A stretch of DNA of 64,000 nucleotides from Octopus vulgaris (Eukaryota). The stretch's first letter is position 1; each line of letters begins with the position of its first letter. Shown here piece by piece: positions 12,001-25,185 of the stretch. Where the stretch lies: NCBI GenBank assembly GCA_951406725.2, contig OX597818.1, positions 6,200,001 to 6,264,000 of the forward strand. Direction: 5' to 3'. The position numbers and the translations under genes were made by a program. The notes below the pieces were generated by a model. The model was given only the letters and a program-made list of their open reading frames with translations, did not search any database and had not been told where the DNA came from.

Positions 12001-13208
12001 TATTTTTCTCACCTTCCTTTAGTTCATGAGGCTTAAATGCTTTTTCATTTTTTTTTCGTATTTTTCATTGAAAAAAATGATTTGCCATTTTCATTGAGTA
12101 TTTATTCTATTTCTTTGCACTATGTATTCACGCGTTAAATTTTATAAACGTTCTTAACTATTTTTACGTTTAAATTCAGTTAAAATTTTTCCTTCGCCAA
12201 GTTAAGTTACATTTTATTTGTTATCTATTTCATTTGGATTTGGAATCGTTTTGGATTTGAAATCATTATTATTATTATTATTGTTGAAATATAATTATTT
12301 ATTTATAGTTTCTTGATAGTTATTTTTTACGTTCGATATTAGATATGATATCTATTAATTTTTTTAAAGGGATTTAACGTTTTACAGATAATTTAATTTG
12401 AGAAGTAGTTTCGTTAGACTATACATTCTTTAATAATTAGGTAATATTTTTATTAAGTAGTATTACATTTAAGTAAATTAGTTTTTATTTTTATTAATAT
12501 TATGTTTTAACTTTATTATCATGGGAAATATTAAATATATAGATATTACACATAGATATTAATAATATAGTTAGTTTATATAATGGATTTGTGTATATTT
12601 GAACTATTTCCTATTTTTGATTGTATTATTCATGACTAGTAATAGCATTATATATATTAATATATAGACGCTAAAACATTTTTATACATTTAAAATCCAG
12701 ATAGATTAATTTAATCGTTGAACTACGTATCATAGTTTGTTTATCAATATCATTTGGATCTTGTATTATTTTGAGTTTGATCATTGTTATTATTATTGTT
12801 ATTATTATTATTATTATTATTATCATCATTATTATTGACAGGATTTGTAGAGGACTGTCGGTTGTGGTTGAATAGCTTCATAGTGTATTGTTCATTTGTT
12901 CTAATATTTTTGCACCTTTCTTTAATTTATGGGGCTTAAATGTTTCCTACCTTCCTTTAGTAAATAGTTTTCGCCATTAATAGTTATAATGTACGATAGA
13001 TATTAATTATTATATCTATTTATTTAGATTTTTTGTTATAAAGGGATCTAACGTATGACATTTAATTTAATTTGAGAATTAATTTTGTTAGACAATATAT
13101 TATTTAATTATTAGGTGGCATATTTATTAAGTAGTATTAAATTAATTGATATTATATTAATTGATATTTAGTCAACTATATTATAGAGTGATATACTAAA
13201 TCTATAGA

Positions 13209-13632
13209 TACTCTTTTACTTTTACTCTTTTACTTGTTTCAGTCATTTGACTGCGGCCATGCTGGAGCACCGCCTTTAGTCGAGCAAATCGACCCCGGGA
13301 CTTATTCTTTGTAAGCCCAGTACTTATTCTATCGGTCACTTTTTGCCGAACCGCTAAGTGACGGGAACGTAAACACACCAGCATCGGTTGTCAAGCAATG
13401 CTAGGAGGACAAACACAGACATACAAACATGCATACATATATATATATATATATATATACATATATACGACAGGCTTCTTTCAGTTTCCGTCTACCAAAT
13501 CCACTCACAAGGCATTGGTCGGCCCGGGGCTATAGCAGAAGACACTTGCCCAAGATGCCACGCAGTGGGACTGAACCCGGAACCGTGAGGTTGGTTAGCA
13601 AGCTACTTACCACACAGCCACTCCTGCGCCTA
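13209..13632 (-). mobile_element. Abundant octopus-type tRNA-derived SINE, full length
   Basis: Head taggcgcaggagtggctgtgtggtaag..gggttcagtccc, internal (TA/TG)n, tail ggcggtgctccagcatggccgcagtcaaatgactgaaacaag(taaaagag)n; many copies in the window. Confidence 0.9.
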
Positions 13633-13808
13633 TACTACGCACATATTAATTATATAGTTAGCTTATTTAATGAGTCTACATTTGAAACATTTCTTATTTT
13701 GTGTACGATATTAATGGCTTGTACTAGCATTGTGTATATTAATTAATTTTAAAGTATTGAATAATTTAAGTATTGTTTTTAGTCTTCACTTAATGTATAT
13801 TTAGTATC

Positions 13809-14151
13809 TGGGCAAGTGTCTTCTGCTATAACCCCGGGCCGACCAATGCCTTGTGAGTGGATTTGGTAGACGGAAACTAAAAGAAGCCTGTCGTATATAT
13901 GTATATATATATAAGTGTGTGTGTATGTTTGTGTGTCTGTGTTTGTCCCCCTAGTATTGCTTGACAACCGATGCTGGTGTGTTTACGTCCCCGTCACTTA
14001 GCGGTTCGGCAAAAGAGACCGATAGAATAAGTACTGGGCTTACAAAGAATAAGTCCTTTGCTCAACTAAAGGCGGTGCTCCAGCATGGCCGCAGTCAAAT
14101 GACTGAGACAAGTAAAAGAGTAAAAGAGTAAAAGAGTAAAAGAGTAAAAGA
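13809..14151 (+). mobile_element. Same SINE family, 5'-truncated, inverted relative to 13209-13632
   Basis: gggcaagtgtcttctgctata...gactgagacaag(taaaagag)n. Confidence 0.9.
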
Positions 14152-14156
14152 ATATA

Positions 14157-14191
<35 letters not shown>

Positions 14192-14267
14192 ATATATATA
14201 TATATATATATACGTATATTTTAAAGTATATTTTTTAATTAATTATTTTATTATTCTAGTATATTTT

Positions 14268-14369
14268 TAACCTGATGAGTAGCTATACTTATATCGAAGT
14301 GATTTTACTACTACTATTATTTTTTACTATAATCATTTCTTAAATATTGCCAGGAAGCACGTGTCGTTA
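14268..14369 (+). ncRNA. Hammerhead-like motif with long helix II region in a PLE terminal remnant (~14215-14630)
   Basis: taac CTGATGA ...75 nt... GAAG cacgtg TC gtta; module ends in ttttccctgtaagtttgga, shared in inverted orientation with 17185-17205. Confidence 0.55.
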
Positions 14370-14642
14370 TTCTACCAAATATATACGTTTTTTATTATTA
14401 TTTTGGAATTTACTAAATCATTGGTATATTATTGTTATTTTAATTTTGATATTTCTGTTATATGTAATTTTCTAGATGGTGTAATTTAATTGTTTATTTT
14501 GAAGTGATAAAAGGTGTTTTTTCTAATTTTTAGAAAATATATTTTGTGAAATTTGATTTAGTATTTCTAAATTGAATTTTTCCCTGTAAGTTTGGAATAA
14601 TATTCCCTCAAATTATTATTATCATATATAAGCATATGTATA

Positions 14643-14713
<71 letters not shown>

Positions 14714-14914
14714 TAAAATTTCTAAATATCTCAGAGTGGTGGAACGATAAAGCAGTTGCATACTGTCAACTTAACGTGACACTCCCATAAAGTGAATCAC
14801 AACACCGCTATTTAGCCCTAGGAAGCATCAACGCTTCCTGTCGGCCTTGACACATTTCCTGTGTCCTTATGTTTACAAAGGGGAGACAAGTCCTCCCATC
14901 CAGCTAAGCCTTCA

Positions 14915-14956
14915 TCCAGAGACATGTTTCTTAGTCTTGCTCGTCATCAATCCGGA
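14915..14956 (-). ncRNA. Hammerhead-like motif
   Basis: tccgga TTGATGA cgagcaagactaa GAAA catg TC tctgga; palindromic ACATGT stem III. Confidence 0.6.
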
Positions 14957-15070
14957 GAAGCATGGCTTGCTAGGTGGTTAAAGATACCTGTCTAGACTTT
15001 GCAAACATATATAATTTCAGTGAAGTAAATTCACTGATCACAAATAACAGAAATATTAAATCTCTAAATA

Positions 15071-15146
<76 letters not shown>

Positions 15147-16207
15147 TGTAGAGAGAGAGACAGTGTGAATGAGAGAGTGAGAGAGATAAACAGACAGATA
15201 AGTATACGGAGGGAGACAAACTGGAAGTTATGGAGAAAGCAGTGCACCTTTTGATGTGTGTATGTGTTCGTGTGTATATTTGTGTGTTTGTGTTTATGTG
15301 TGTGTACATGAATTTAAGGATGTGTGGGAGAAAAGTTGATGGACGTACATTTAGAAACGTATATTGGAATTCCCCACGATTCAGCATGTTTGATGCCTAA
15401 ACAATTTAAAGCTAAAATTAAATTTCAGTGATTTTACAGCGTTTAATTTGGTGACACCTTTCCATGCTTTTATTGGCAATTAAAGTTGGGTAATAAAAAA
15501 TGTATAATACAAAATAACTGCAAGGAATGAATTAAATCTTGAAGTCAATTAGATTAATTATATGGTTAATGTAGCAGTGAAGCCTAAGACTCTCAATCAC
15601 TACTTTAGAGACATGGGAGGAATTATTATTTATTTTGCCATGAAATTATTTGATATAGACGTTAGTAGCTACATAAATGGCAATTACTTTAATTACACTG
15701 TGTGTCCTAATGCTGATATGCAGTTCACGTATCTTCGTAATTTGGCAGCAAAAATGTCTAGACGATAAATGGAAAGGCTTCTTTATTTGCGCAGAAAATT
15801 TACGTTTTTATCTAATTTATGTACGTGTTTGTGCCATCAACGTCTTTAAAATAGTATGTTACTTAGATGACTTAAGAATGTGAAATATATGCATTTAATA
15901 ATATAACATTGCGATATAAAATGTTATAGATTTTACTGATTTTGAAAATAACTCAGAGCAAATTTCACAACAGTGCCGAGCACAAAAAGATTGTATATTG
16001 AAAACAGATGTTTTGGGTAAGCAATATCATTATGTAATTTTCTCCTTTCAGTTCACTATGCGGTGGGAGTCGAAATCCTTACCATATGAGATATTGCATA
16101 TTTGAGGACATTTCTGGTGCCTTCTATGCGGTCGATTACTGCAAGTATGTTTATTCATAACATTAAAGTGAACATTTCACCGGAAAGGATATCAATTTAC
16201 AAAACGC

Positions 16208-16299
16208 ATTTTACTAAGGATATACCGTTATTATTCTACTACTATATTTTACTTAGTATATTCTTAGATACTTCAGAGAGAATACACACACACACACAC

Positions 16300-16388
<89 letters not shown>

Positions 16389-17068
16389 CATATATACATA
16401 CATAAATACACACACACACACACACATATGTATAGATGTGTGTATTTTTCCCTGGTTAAAAATTAACATGGAAAAATAGATAAAGAGTTACCAGTGTAGC
16501 AAAAATTCACAGAAGTAAAGAGGTTGTAACTTTTTGTTTTTAGAGGTAGAAAATTCGGGTTTAGTGAAACTTTTTGCATAATGTATAAATAAATGATGTT
16601 TATGTATGAAAATTGTATCTATATGGGTGTGTATGGAAACGAATGCGCATACCCCTGTTATCATGTGATGTGTGTATATGAGGCTTTTAGAGTATGTGTG
16701 TGTTTCATGTTGACATGTGTATGTGTGCGTGTGCATGCTCTTGTTAATGTCTGTAGGTGTAGGACTATACTGTAGGGGCACAAATGTATGTGAAGTGTAG
16801 GTACTCAGTTCAACGGTGTAGAGGTATGTGCGAGTAGATGTGAGGGACAAACATACAGTGCGTCGTCAAAGAATTAATTACTATCCTTGGTAAAGGATAA
16901 CAGTATTTACGCGGTTGTTCCTTAATTCCTCGATGACAGAACTGGTTACTATCATTATATTTTACTAAGGATATGTCATTATTATTGTACTACTATATCT
17001 TATTTAGTATATCCTAATATACTTCAGAGTGAATATATATATATATATATATATACATACGTACATAC

Positions 17069-17164
<96 letters not shown>

Positions 17165-17938
17165 ATAATAATAATACTAGGGAATAAATCCAAACTTACA
17201 GGGAAAAATTAGATTTAGGATTAAATCCAATTTCATAGTATAAATATATTATATTATATTATATCAAATTAGAGATAAAACCACTATTATCTGAAAAATA
17301 TTGTTTAAATATTTCTGATTACTTTTAAAATATTTCAATTAACCTGAAGATTGACCGTAACCATAATTCGAATTATTAATTGCATTTAAATTATTGTTAT
17401 TCGAATTGGTACAGCCATGAAACGACCGTAGTGTTTTACTTTTTATCTTTTATTAAACTTTTAATACTTTTGATATTTATATAATAAAATAAAAAAAAAA
17501 ATTTTAATTAATAATTAAATTAATAAATAAAATAATATATAAATATAAAAATATACATGCATACACACACACACACACACATATATATATAATTATATTT
17601 GTATATATATATTTAAAATTTATAAGTTTAAATTATTTAAATAATTTTTAAAATTTTAATTTTATATTTTTAAATTAATTTTATGTATTGGCTTATATTT
17701 TTCACTGTTTGATTTGCCTAATAGTGGTTTTATCTCTAATTTGATATAATATAATATATATATATATATCGAAGTGTGTATTTTTCCCTTGTTAAAGATT
17801 AACACGGAAAACATAGATAAATAGTTACCAGAGTAGCAAAAATTCACACAAGTAAAGAGGTTGTAACTCCTTGTTTTTAAAGGTAGCAACTTCGGGTTTA
17901 CGGGAAATGTTTTGTATAATATATAGATAAATAAATGG
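16208..17938. repeat. Diverged local duplication: block A + microsatellite + block B (16208-16595) repeated at 16958-17938 with an insert in the second microsatellite
   Basis: ttttactaaggatat...tacttcagag at 16208 and 16958; gtgtgtatttttccc...taaataaatg at 16438-16595 and 17774-17938. Confidence 0.85.
17160..17760. mobile_element. PLE terminal remnant inserted in (TA)n, with inverted end duplication and a hammerhead-like motif (17342-17432, +)
   Basis: tatatcaaattagagataaaaccactatta (17260-17289) is inverted at 17719-17748; CTGAAGA ttg...cat GAAA cg ac cg TA. Confidence 0.6.
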
Positions 17939-18195
17939 AGATTAACGCAGTTGTAATCCAAATACTATTACTTCTGACACATGTTTCGAAAATATCACTG
18001 ATATTATTCCAAGGGAATAAAATGGTGTAAAACAATGCAATCTTTTCTTCAGGGAAGTGAAGAAATGAAACTCGTCAATCCTTGAAGAGAAGATTACATT
18101 CTTGTACACCTTTTTATTCCTTTGGAATAATATCAGTGATATCCTCGAAATATGTGTCGGAAGTAAAAGTATTTGAATTACACCTGCATTAAACT

Positions 18196-18199
<4 letters not shown>
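17935..18199. repeat. Fold-back with ~120-bp arms and 23-nt spacer; each arm carries a hammerhead-like motif (17971-18057 minus; 18079-18161 plus)
   Basis: Arms pair by eye; plus arm tcc TTGAAGA ga...tc GAAA tatgtg TC gga; minus arm cttcc CTGAAGA...ttc GAAA catgtg TC agaag. Confidence 0.85.
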
Positions 18200-18270
<71 letters not shown>

Positions 18271-18464
18271 ATTAGAAGACGCAACTAAATTATAGAAAAA
18301 TAAATAACTAAATGAGTGGAAAGTTTACCGGTGCGTGTGTTAAATTAAAAGGCAATAATAGAGAATGACTCTCCCCAGGCACAACAGAATATGCTTCAAC
18401 ATACGAACTCACATAAAGAAGCTTGCAAACTAAATCCAAAAACTGAATATATATATAAATAAAG

Positions 18465-18544
<80 letters not shown>

Positions 18545-18840
18545 TTATTTATATACACACAGAGAGACAAATATACATATATATATAATTATATATATAT
18601 ATGTATATGTATATATATATATGTGTGTGTGTGTATGTGTGTGTAATATTAATATTATTATTAAGTTCAAAAACGGAGAGATCTAAAGGATACAAATTAA
18701 TTTATTAATTAACATATTCACACAAAATTGTGTCGTTTCACAACCAAAATTAAAACTACAAAACATAAATATATAATCTTGCATTTAAAAATACCTTGAA
18801 TAGAAAGTCATCAGGGTGCACAAAATAACAATACGAAGGG

Positions 18841-18923
<83 letters not shown>

Positions 18924-18973
18924 CATACATGCATACATACATACATACATACATACATACATACATGTATATA

Positions 18974-19027
<54 letters not shown>

Positions 19028-20867
19028 TATTTATGTATCTTGTATATCTATATAAACATCTACATATCTTTCTTAATAAAGACCCACCGTCGATATTGCA
19101 GTTACTTCATATTTGAAACGAGAGAACACTTACTGTCAACGTGCTGTGTTAAAAACACAATACATGTCAGCGGAAGACTAAAATTCATCCCATCAGAGAC
19201 TTGTAAGAACATCACATATATTTCGTGCATTTATAGCGGCTTTTTTTAATGGTACATGCTCCCATTCAACTTCATGCTGGGTCGAGAACTTATTACTTCT
19301 GAAACTGGAAAACATAGATAAAATAGTCACTGATGTTGGGAATAGCAGCCCAACTGAATAGAAATCTGGTTCACAAAATTAAGGATGTATTAAATTATAA
19401 TAACCTGTATATTTAATGCATGCACAATTTTAAGATGTATCAGTGAAATTACTGCAGTAATTGTCTTGTATAAATATTCTGCAAATATTTAATTGTACAA
19501 AAAATTATGACTAGCACAGCTGCATAAAATCTGAAATAATAATGGATTTTATAAGGAAATAGAATATTTCCCAAGTCTTAATATTTGTACTGAGACAAAA
19601 CATGGAGCCTTACGAAACACAAACGTAAAATCGCTCTGATAGGAACGTAAATACCCTGCACAGGTTTGATGTATATATGTAGTGGGTAGTGAGACAAGAA
19701 TGTAAATCTAGTGGTTAAGCGTTAATCAATCATCTTAATTTATTCCTTGACTGCTTTCTCCTCATAGTTCCGCGCCAGTACTGGATAGCATGCGATTGTT
19801 CTCAAGGATAACGCCTCTGTGATATATAAGTGCACACAGAGTCATGGAAAGTACCTTTGTAATACCATGATTGGTGTTATTAGCTTCACTCGCCAATAAT
19901 CTCTCTCTTTCTACTTATTTATCTTAATATATATGGAGATGCCCTTTCCCTTGCTCTTTCTTTCTGTCAGTCTCTCTGCTTCTATGTTTGTCCCTCTCTC
20001 TCTCTCTTTGAATCTGTCATAGTCTTTGTCTCTCTATCTTTCTGTCTCTGTCTCTCTCACTCTCTCTCTCCTCTCTGTTTTCTACATTTCGAATATACTT
20101 TTCCCATCCATCTTTTAACATATCGTCTAATTCTTATTCTGTCTTTCCCCTGCAACAAACATTATAGTGTGATTTACGACTCTGACTTATGTTCTATACA
20201 GCCCTGTAGACTTCCTGGCTACAATTAAGTTTTTCTCCATTTTGAAGCAGTAATTTTCCTGAAAATTTATATACATAAACGCGCAAGTATACGGTCGAAC
20301 TATAGTGACAAGTGATTAACAATGTTCATGAGTATTTACACGTTATGCTACTTTTGGTGTGGAAGCATCTAAGTTTTAAGCAAATGTCTGCGTAATAAGT
20401 AACCACACAATTTCCCTCATCGTTAATCTCTGTCCAATTGAGATTTCAAATCTGAAATGGAAGAGAAAACTAAGAGGAGGAAAGAAGAAACTACATTTCT
20501 GCAAATAATTCCAATTGAAAGTATAGCGTGTTTAGCTTCTAGTGAAGGAAATCGTTAATTATATGCCAATGTTTAGCAATGCTGACGTAAATTTGAACAC
20601 TGTGTACAGTTATACCAATTCCAATGAATCTAAATGAAGTCTTCGCATACACAATTGTGATCCATTAATTTCACAATCGACCATTGTTTATTCAACTAAA
20701 AAAGGTAAAAAAAAAATTTTCTCTAGATTTTCTCCGTATCTCTATTCGGATTGAATGAAATGAAACAACGTATGCATACACACAAGTATATGCAGATGAA
20801 AGAAAGGGAGAGAGATGCAGTAAGATTCAGGAACAAGACACACGCACACACACATACACACATATAC

Positions 20868-21000
20868 ATATATGAATTAATGTAGACTTACTTTGCATTC
20901 AATATTTCGGAGTTATGACCCCATTTTCAAGCTTTTTCTTGAAAATGGGGTCATAACCCAGGAATATCGAATACATGGTAAGTCTACGTTAATTCATATA
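20868..21000. repeat. Imperfect hairpin with ~62-bp arms and a ~6-nt loop
   Basis: tatgaattaatgtagacttac...gttatgaccccattttcaag / cttgaaaatggggtcataac...gtaagtctacgttaattcata. Confidence 0.9.
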
Positions 21001-21244
21001 TTTATTTTCCTGTGATTTGCCTTGCATTTACTTCGCTATATTCTGTCCTCATCCACAATACTTTATATAATACTAGCATTATGACACGTCGTTGCCAGAT
21101 CATAGTGCTAGTGCATGTATATATGTGTATATATATGTGTACATATTACATGTACATCTATATATATACATCTACACATAAAATACAAAATACAAAGTTA
21201 TATCTTGATATCGCTAGTGATAACAATACCCAAAATATATAACA

Positions 21245-22110
21245 GACTGGAATTGTAGGCCCGTCTCTTGCAATTACGATCAATTGTATCTTGTCCTCCC
21301 TCTTGTATAGAAGTGTGGCTACAATCCAGCTTACCTCTACTTCTGGAGGGACATTTTAAATTTTTATCCGGGAAGTCCTACGTCCCAGATATAAAGGTAA
21401 AAATAAAATATTTCCACTTTGCAAGGTTCGAGTCGAGTACTCCCTTGCACGCTTCGTTGACTCGAAACTTGCTTCTATTGTGGCGAATTTAACGCCTCTG
21501 GTTAGATATCTTTCATAGTCGCACCAAGACACCTTTCGATGGTGCTTTCCTCTAGGTGTTCAAATCTTTTTTTTTTCTCTACATTGTGTACTTTATAGAC
21601 AATAATTTTTTCTTTAATTAATTTTTTTATTTCGTTTGGTGGTGTTATCCTAGATGCACCGTCTTTGTCGGTGATCAATCCGAAATAGGTTTGTATTTCT
21701 TCCATTTTAATTTTAATGAGTTCGCGCCCGCCGACGGCTGCAGCGAAATTCATTTTGGGACTTTCTTCCATTGAAGGCATTCTAACAAAGATGCTTCCGT
21801 GTAAACGGTGAAAATATTGTCAATTTCCCCAAACAGGGACACAATTCAATTTTTAAACAATAACCAAACCTCCTTCTCCCAAAGGGGGAGGTTTACAGTT
21901 TACAATTATTTAACAAATGCAACACAACAACGTTTCCTTTACGAGGAACCAACAAAAGTGATAACAATAGTTAAACAGTAATAATAATAACAAACCTTAC
22001 GGTGAATAAAAAAGCAGTACGCAGTTGAAGCTATAGTCCTTTATGTATAGGAAATAAACCAACAGTAGTACTCAGTAGAAGCGGCTGTTCGAGAAAACAG
22101 ACATTACATA
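21245..22110 (-). mobile_element. 5' part (UTR + decayed ORF1) of an L1/Tx1-like LINE
   Basis: ORF 21502-21780 (NFAAAV near the start) continues after a frameshift as YLTRGVKFATIEASF...LPLYLGRRTSRIKI*NVPPEVEVSWIVA, which resembles an RRM-type ORF1; clade call is tentative. Confidence 0.5.
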
Positions 22111-22482
22111 CAGCCAAACTTCATATTGATACTTAATGCTAGCTAATTGGCAGATAATCTAATGTAAAAGCCGTGGTAAACGGTATGTGCACAGCTCCGT
22201 CTCGACTATTCCATTTCTGCACGCTAATTTTATTTTTAATTTATTCCCATTCATGTGAAACCACTTATTCAAGTTCAAGTCATTGATGCAATTTTATACC
22301 AATTGTTATTTTTACTTTTGTTATGTTACGATTATATTACACTTTAATTTGATTTTAATTATTACTTACTACATATAATTCAATTGTTATTATTATCTCT
22401 AATTTTTATTGTTAAAGTGAAAGTATCTGAAATGAAATAGAGAAATGTTTTTGTTTCACTTTTAACACGTAATACTGAAATA

Positions 22483-22665
22483 GTGGAGAAGATATGATAT
22501 TGCTATGGGCAAGAAGTTGAACATTTTTTCTGCCCATTACACTCCCCGGACCCTAAGTAAGGCATGTATAAGATTTGAATGAAATTGGTTGTGTAGTTCT
22601 CAAGTTTTAGGGAAACACATAGACAGACAGACAGACACACATTCTCAGTTTCATATATATAGAGA
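22483..22665 (-). mobile_element. Non-autonomous Helitron-like 5' end (second copy at 41883-42048)
   Basis: Minus strand starts tctatatatat.aaactgagaatgtgtgtctgtctgtc, with aaatttgaatgaaattggttgtgtagttctc..acagacagacagac shared between the two copies. Confidence 0.55.
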
Positions 22666-22699
22666 TATGTATATATACATACGTATATATATATATATT

Positions 22700-22771
<72 letters not shown>

Positions 22772-22808
22772 CGAGTATAATTATAATTAGAGTGCAGCAA
22801 AAAAAGAT

Positions 22809-22985
22809 TTGCTTTGCCACATACCGAACTTTTAGAAATAGCAGCCAAAGAACTTAGCTATGACTTCTACTATAAAAAGAATCTCCCAGACAACGTATTA
22901 TATATTGGGAGATTCTTCTTATAGTAGAAGAAATAGCTAAGTTCTTTGGCTGCTATTTCTAAAAGTTCGGTATGTAGCAAAGCAA
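22809..22985. repeat. Near-perfect hairpin with ~80-bp arms and a 17-nt loop
   Basis: ttgctttgccacataccgaacttttagaaatagcagccaaagaacttagctat..agaatctccca / tgggagattct..atagctaagttctttggctgctatttctaaaagttcggtatgtagcaaagcaa. Confidence 0.95.
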
Positions 22986-23123
22986 TACGTATACTAATAT
23001 TTATAATAAGTAATGTTTAAGCTTACCGTAAATGGTCCTTTTAACATGCTGAACACTACTTGGTAGAATTATTAATTAATAATCAATTAATTAATTTTAC
23101 CCTTTATTATTATTGATAATATA

Positions 23124-23165
<42 letters not shown>

Positions 23166-23355
23166 ATAATTATATATGAGTGTGGGTGTGTGCATGCGTG
23201 TGTGTGTGGGTCGGTGTGTGTGGGTCGGTGTGTATGTAAGTATGTATGTATGTATATATGTATGTATAGGAGACCGAGTGAGAGTCAAATTGAAATCATT
23301 TGACGAAACTTTCATATCACATGAACAACGAATCATATACATACATACGTACATA

Positions 23356-23396
<41 letters not shown>

Positions 23397-23662
23397 TTAT
23401 ATATATATATACATATATATCTGAAGGTCCATTAAGATTTGCTTTTGCACCACAAGCAGAGATTTATACCCACAGGGATGGCTGTGTGGTACGAAGCTTG
23501 CTTCCCGTTCACAAGATTTTGAGTTCAGTCCCATTCTCTGCTTGTAAAGATTTGGGTTGCCCTAAACCTTATGTATGAATTTTGTAGACAGAAACCGATA
23601 GCATATGATTGTATATATATACGTGTGTGTGTGTGTGCGTGTGTCTACACATATATATCTCT

Positions 23663-24272
23663 ACAGGATAACCGGTGGCTAGAGATGGCAGCACTAGGCC
23701 TTGCTCGAAGAATATACTTTTAAAGCGACACACTGGTACTTGTATCATTAAGAGTAAAACAAATAGTTTTACGTCTCTGCAATAAGTAAGTAGTAACACT
23801 ACTACAGAGTAAAATTTATTTATCAACGTAGAGTGGCAGTCCTGGTTAGTCCAAGTGCTGTCATCTCTAGCCAACGATTATCCTGTGCCTATGAAGAGAA
23901 ATAACCCGGAAATCATGGTCTGCAGGTAGCCAGAATATCTATGCGTCGGTACCCAAGTTGAAAATTGTTTCCCTGGGGCTAAAATAGGTAGTAAGGACTG
24001 CCACTTTACGTTCGCAAATAGATTTTACTCTGTGGTACTGTTACCACTGAGAAATTTAAAGCTAATTGTTTTCCTTTTTACGAGTCCAGTGATTGTGTGT
24101 CACTTTAAAGTATATACATCGAGCAAGGCCACGTGCGACGGTTCAAGGCTGAGATACCATTTAAGGCTGAGTGGGGGCATTAACTCCCTTTAAGAAGGAC
24201 GCAGTTGTACGTCGGTAGCCAGCTGGAAAAATATATTTTCATGGGGCTGAAAAAAGGTAGTAATGGCGTCCT
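23663..24272. repeat. Scrambled nest of inverted and direct copies of a PLE-associated terminal-repeat family
   Basis: ~35-bp IR caggataac..ggctagagatggcagcact / agtgctgtcatctctagcc..ttatcctg; 23690-23845 is inverted at ~23993-24140; direct repeat cgtcggta..ggggct.aaa.aggtagtaa at ~23944 and ~24210. Confidence 0.75.
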
Positions 24273-24936
24273 GATGTACAGCTGTGGGTTCTGTTTTGCA
24301 CTCTCATTAATATAACTTTTTTGATTTTAAGTGCTATAGCTACCTATATTATAATATATTTAATGTGTGTTAATATATTATTATCTGATTGTATGTTATA
24401 ATATCTTATAATATCTTATTGTATGTTACTATACAGTTTAACTGTTTTCAATTTTAGCGTTCGATTTTCAACGGTTTTTTTTTCTTTTTGTGAACGAATC
24501 TAAGGCACGCTATCTATTTTAACCTGGAGTAATTGTAGAAACGTCTAATGAGAAATAAGATCCTGTTGATCAAATGCTGAAATCACGTGATAAAGTTTTA
24601 TCAAACTACTTCATTCTGCGAGTGTATTTTGCCAATGGAATATGATGTGGCTTGCTGCTCGCAGTCCCGAATAGGTCTTGAGGTTAGTGCTTTTGTGTCG
24701 CTGTTCGTGTTACATTTTGGGTCTCATTTCTAACAATTGTAGGTGCTATTTAGCAGCCTGATTTATTATTATAATATTAACTCTTTGGTTTTTAATTGCT
24801 ATAGCCACCTATTTTATAATATAAGAAAATATATACCTATGTTTTAATATATTATTATAATCTACTATTGTATGTAATTATACAAATTTACATATATATA
24901 TACATACATGTACACACAAAATACATACATACTCAC

Positions 24937-24996
<60 letters not shown>

Positions 24997-25081
24997 AGAG
25001 AGAGAGAGAGAGAGAGAGAAGATATGTACTTGCATAGCGAGTGACTTGATCTTAAATGGCTTTTAAACACCTTCCACGCTG

Positions 25082-25185
<104 letters not shown>

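Noticed and set aside
12000-13150. Degenerate AT-rich direct repeats (12370-12480 vs 13040-13145), possibly an old PLE ORF
   Set aside because: The similarity is visible, but no protein motif could be read with confidence
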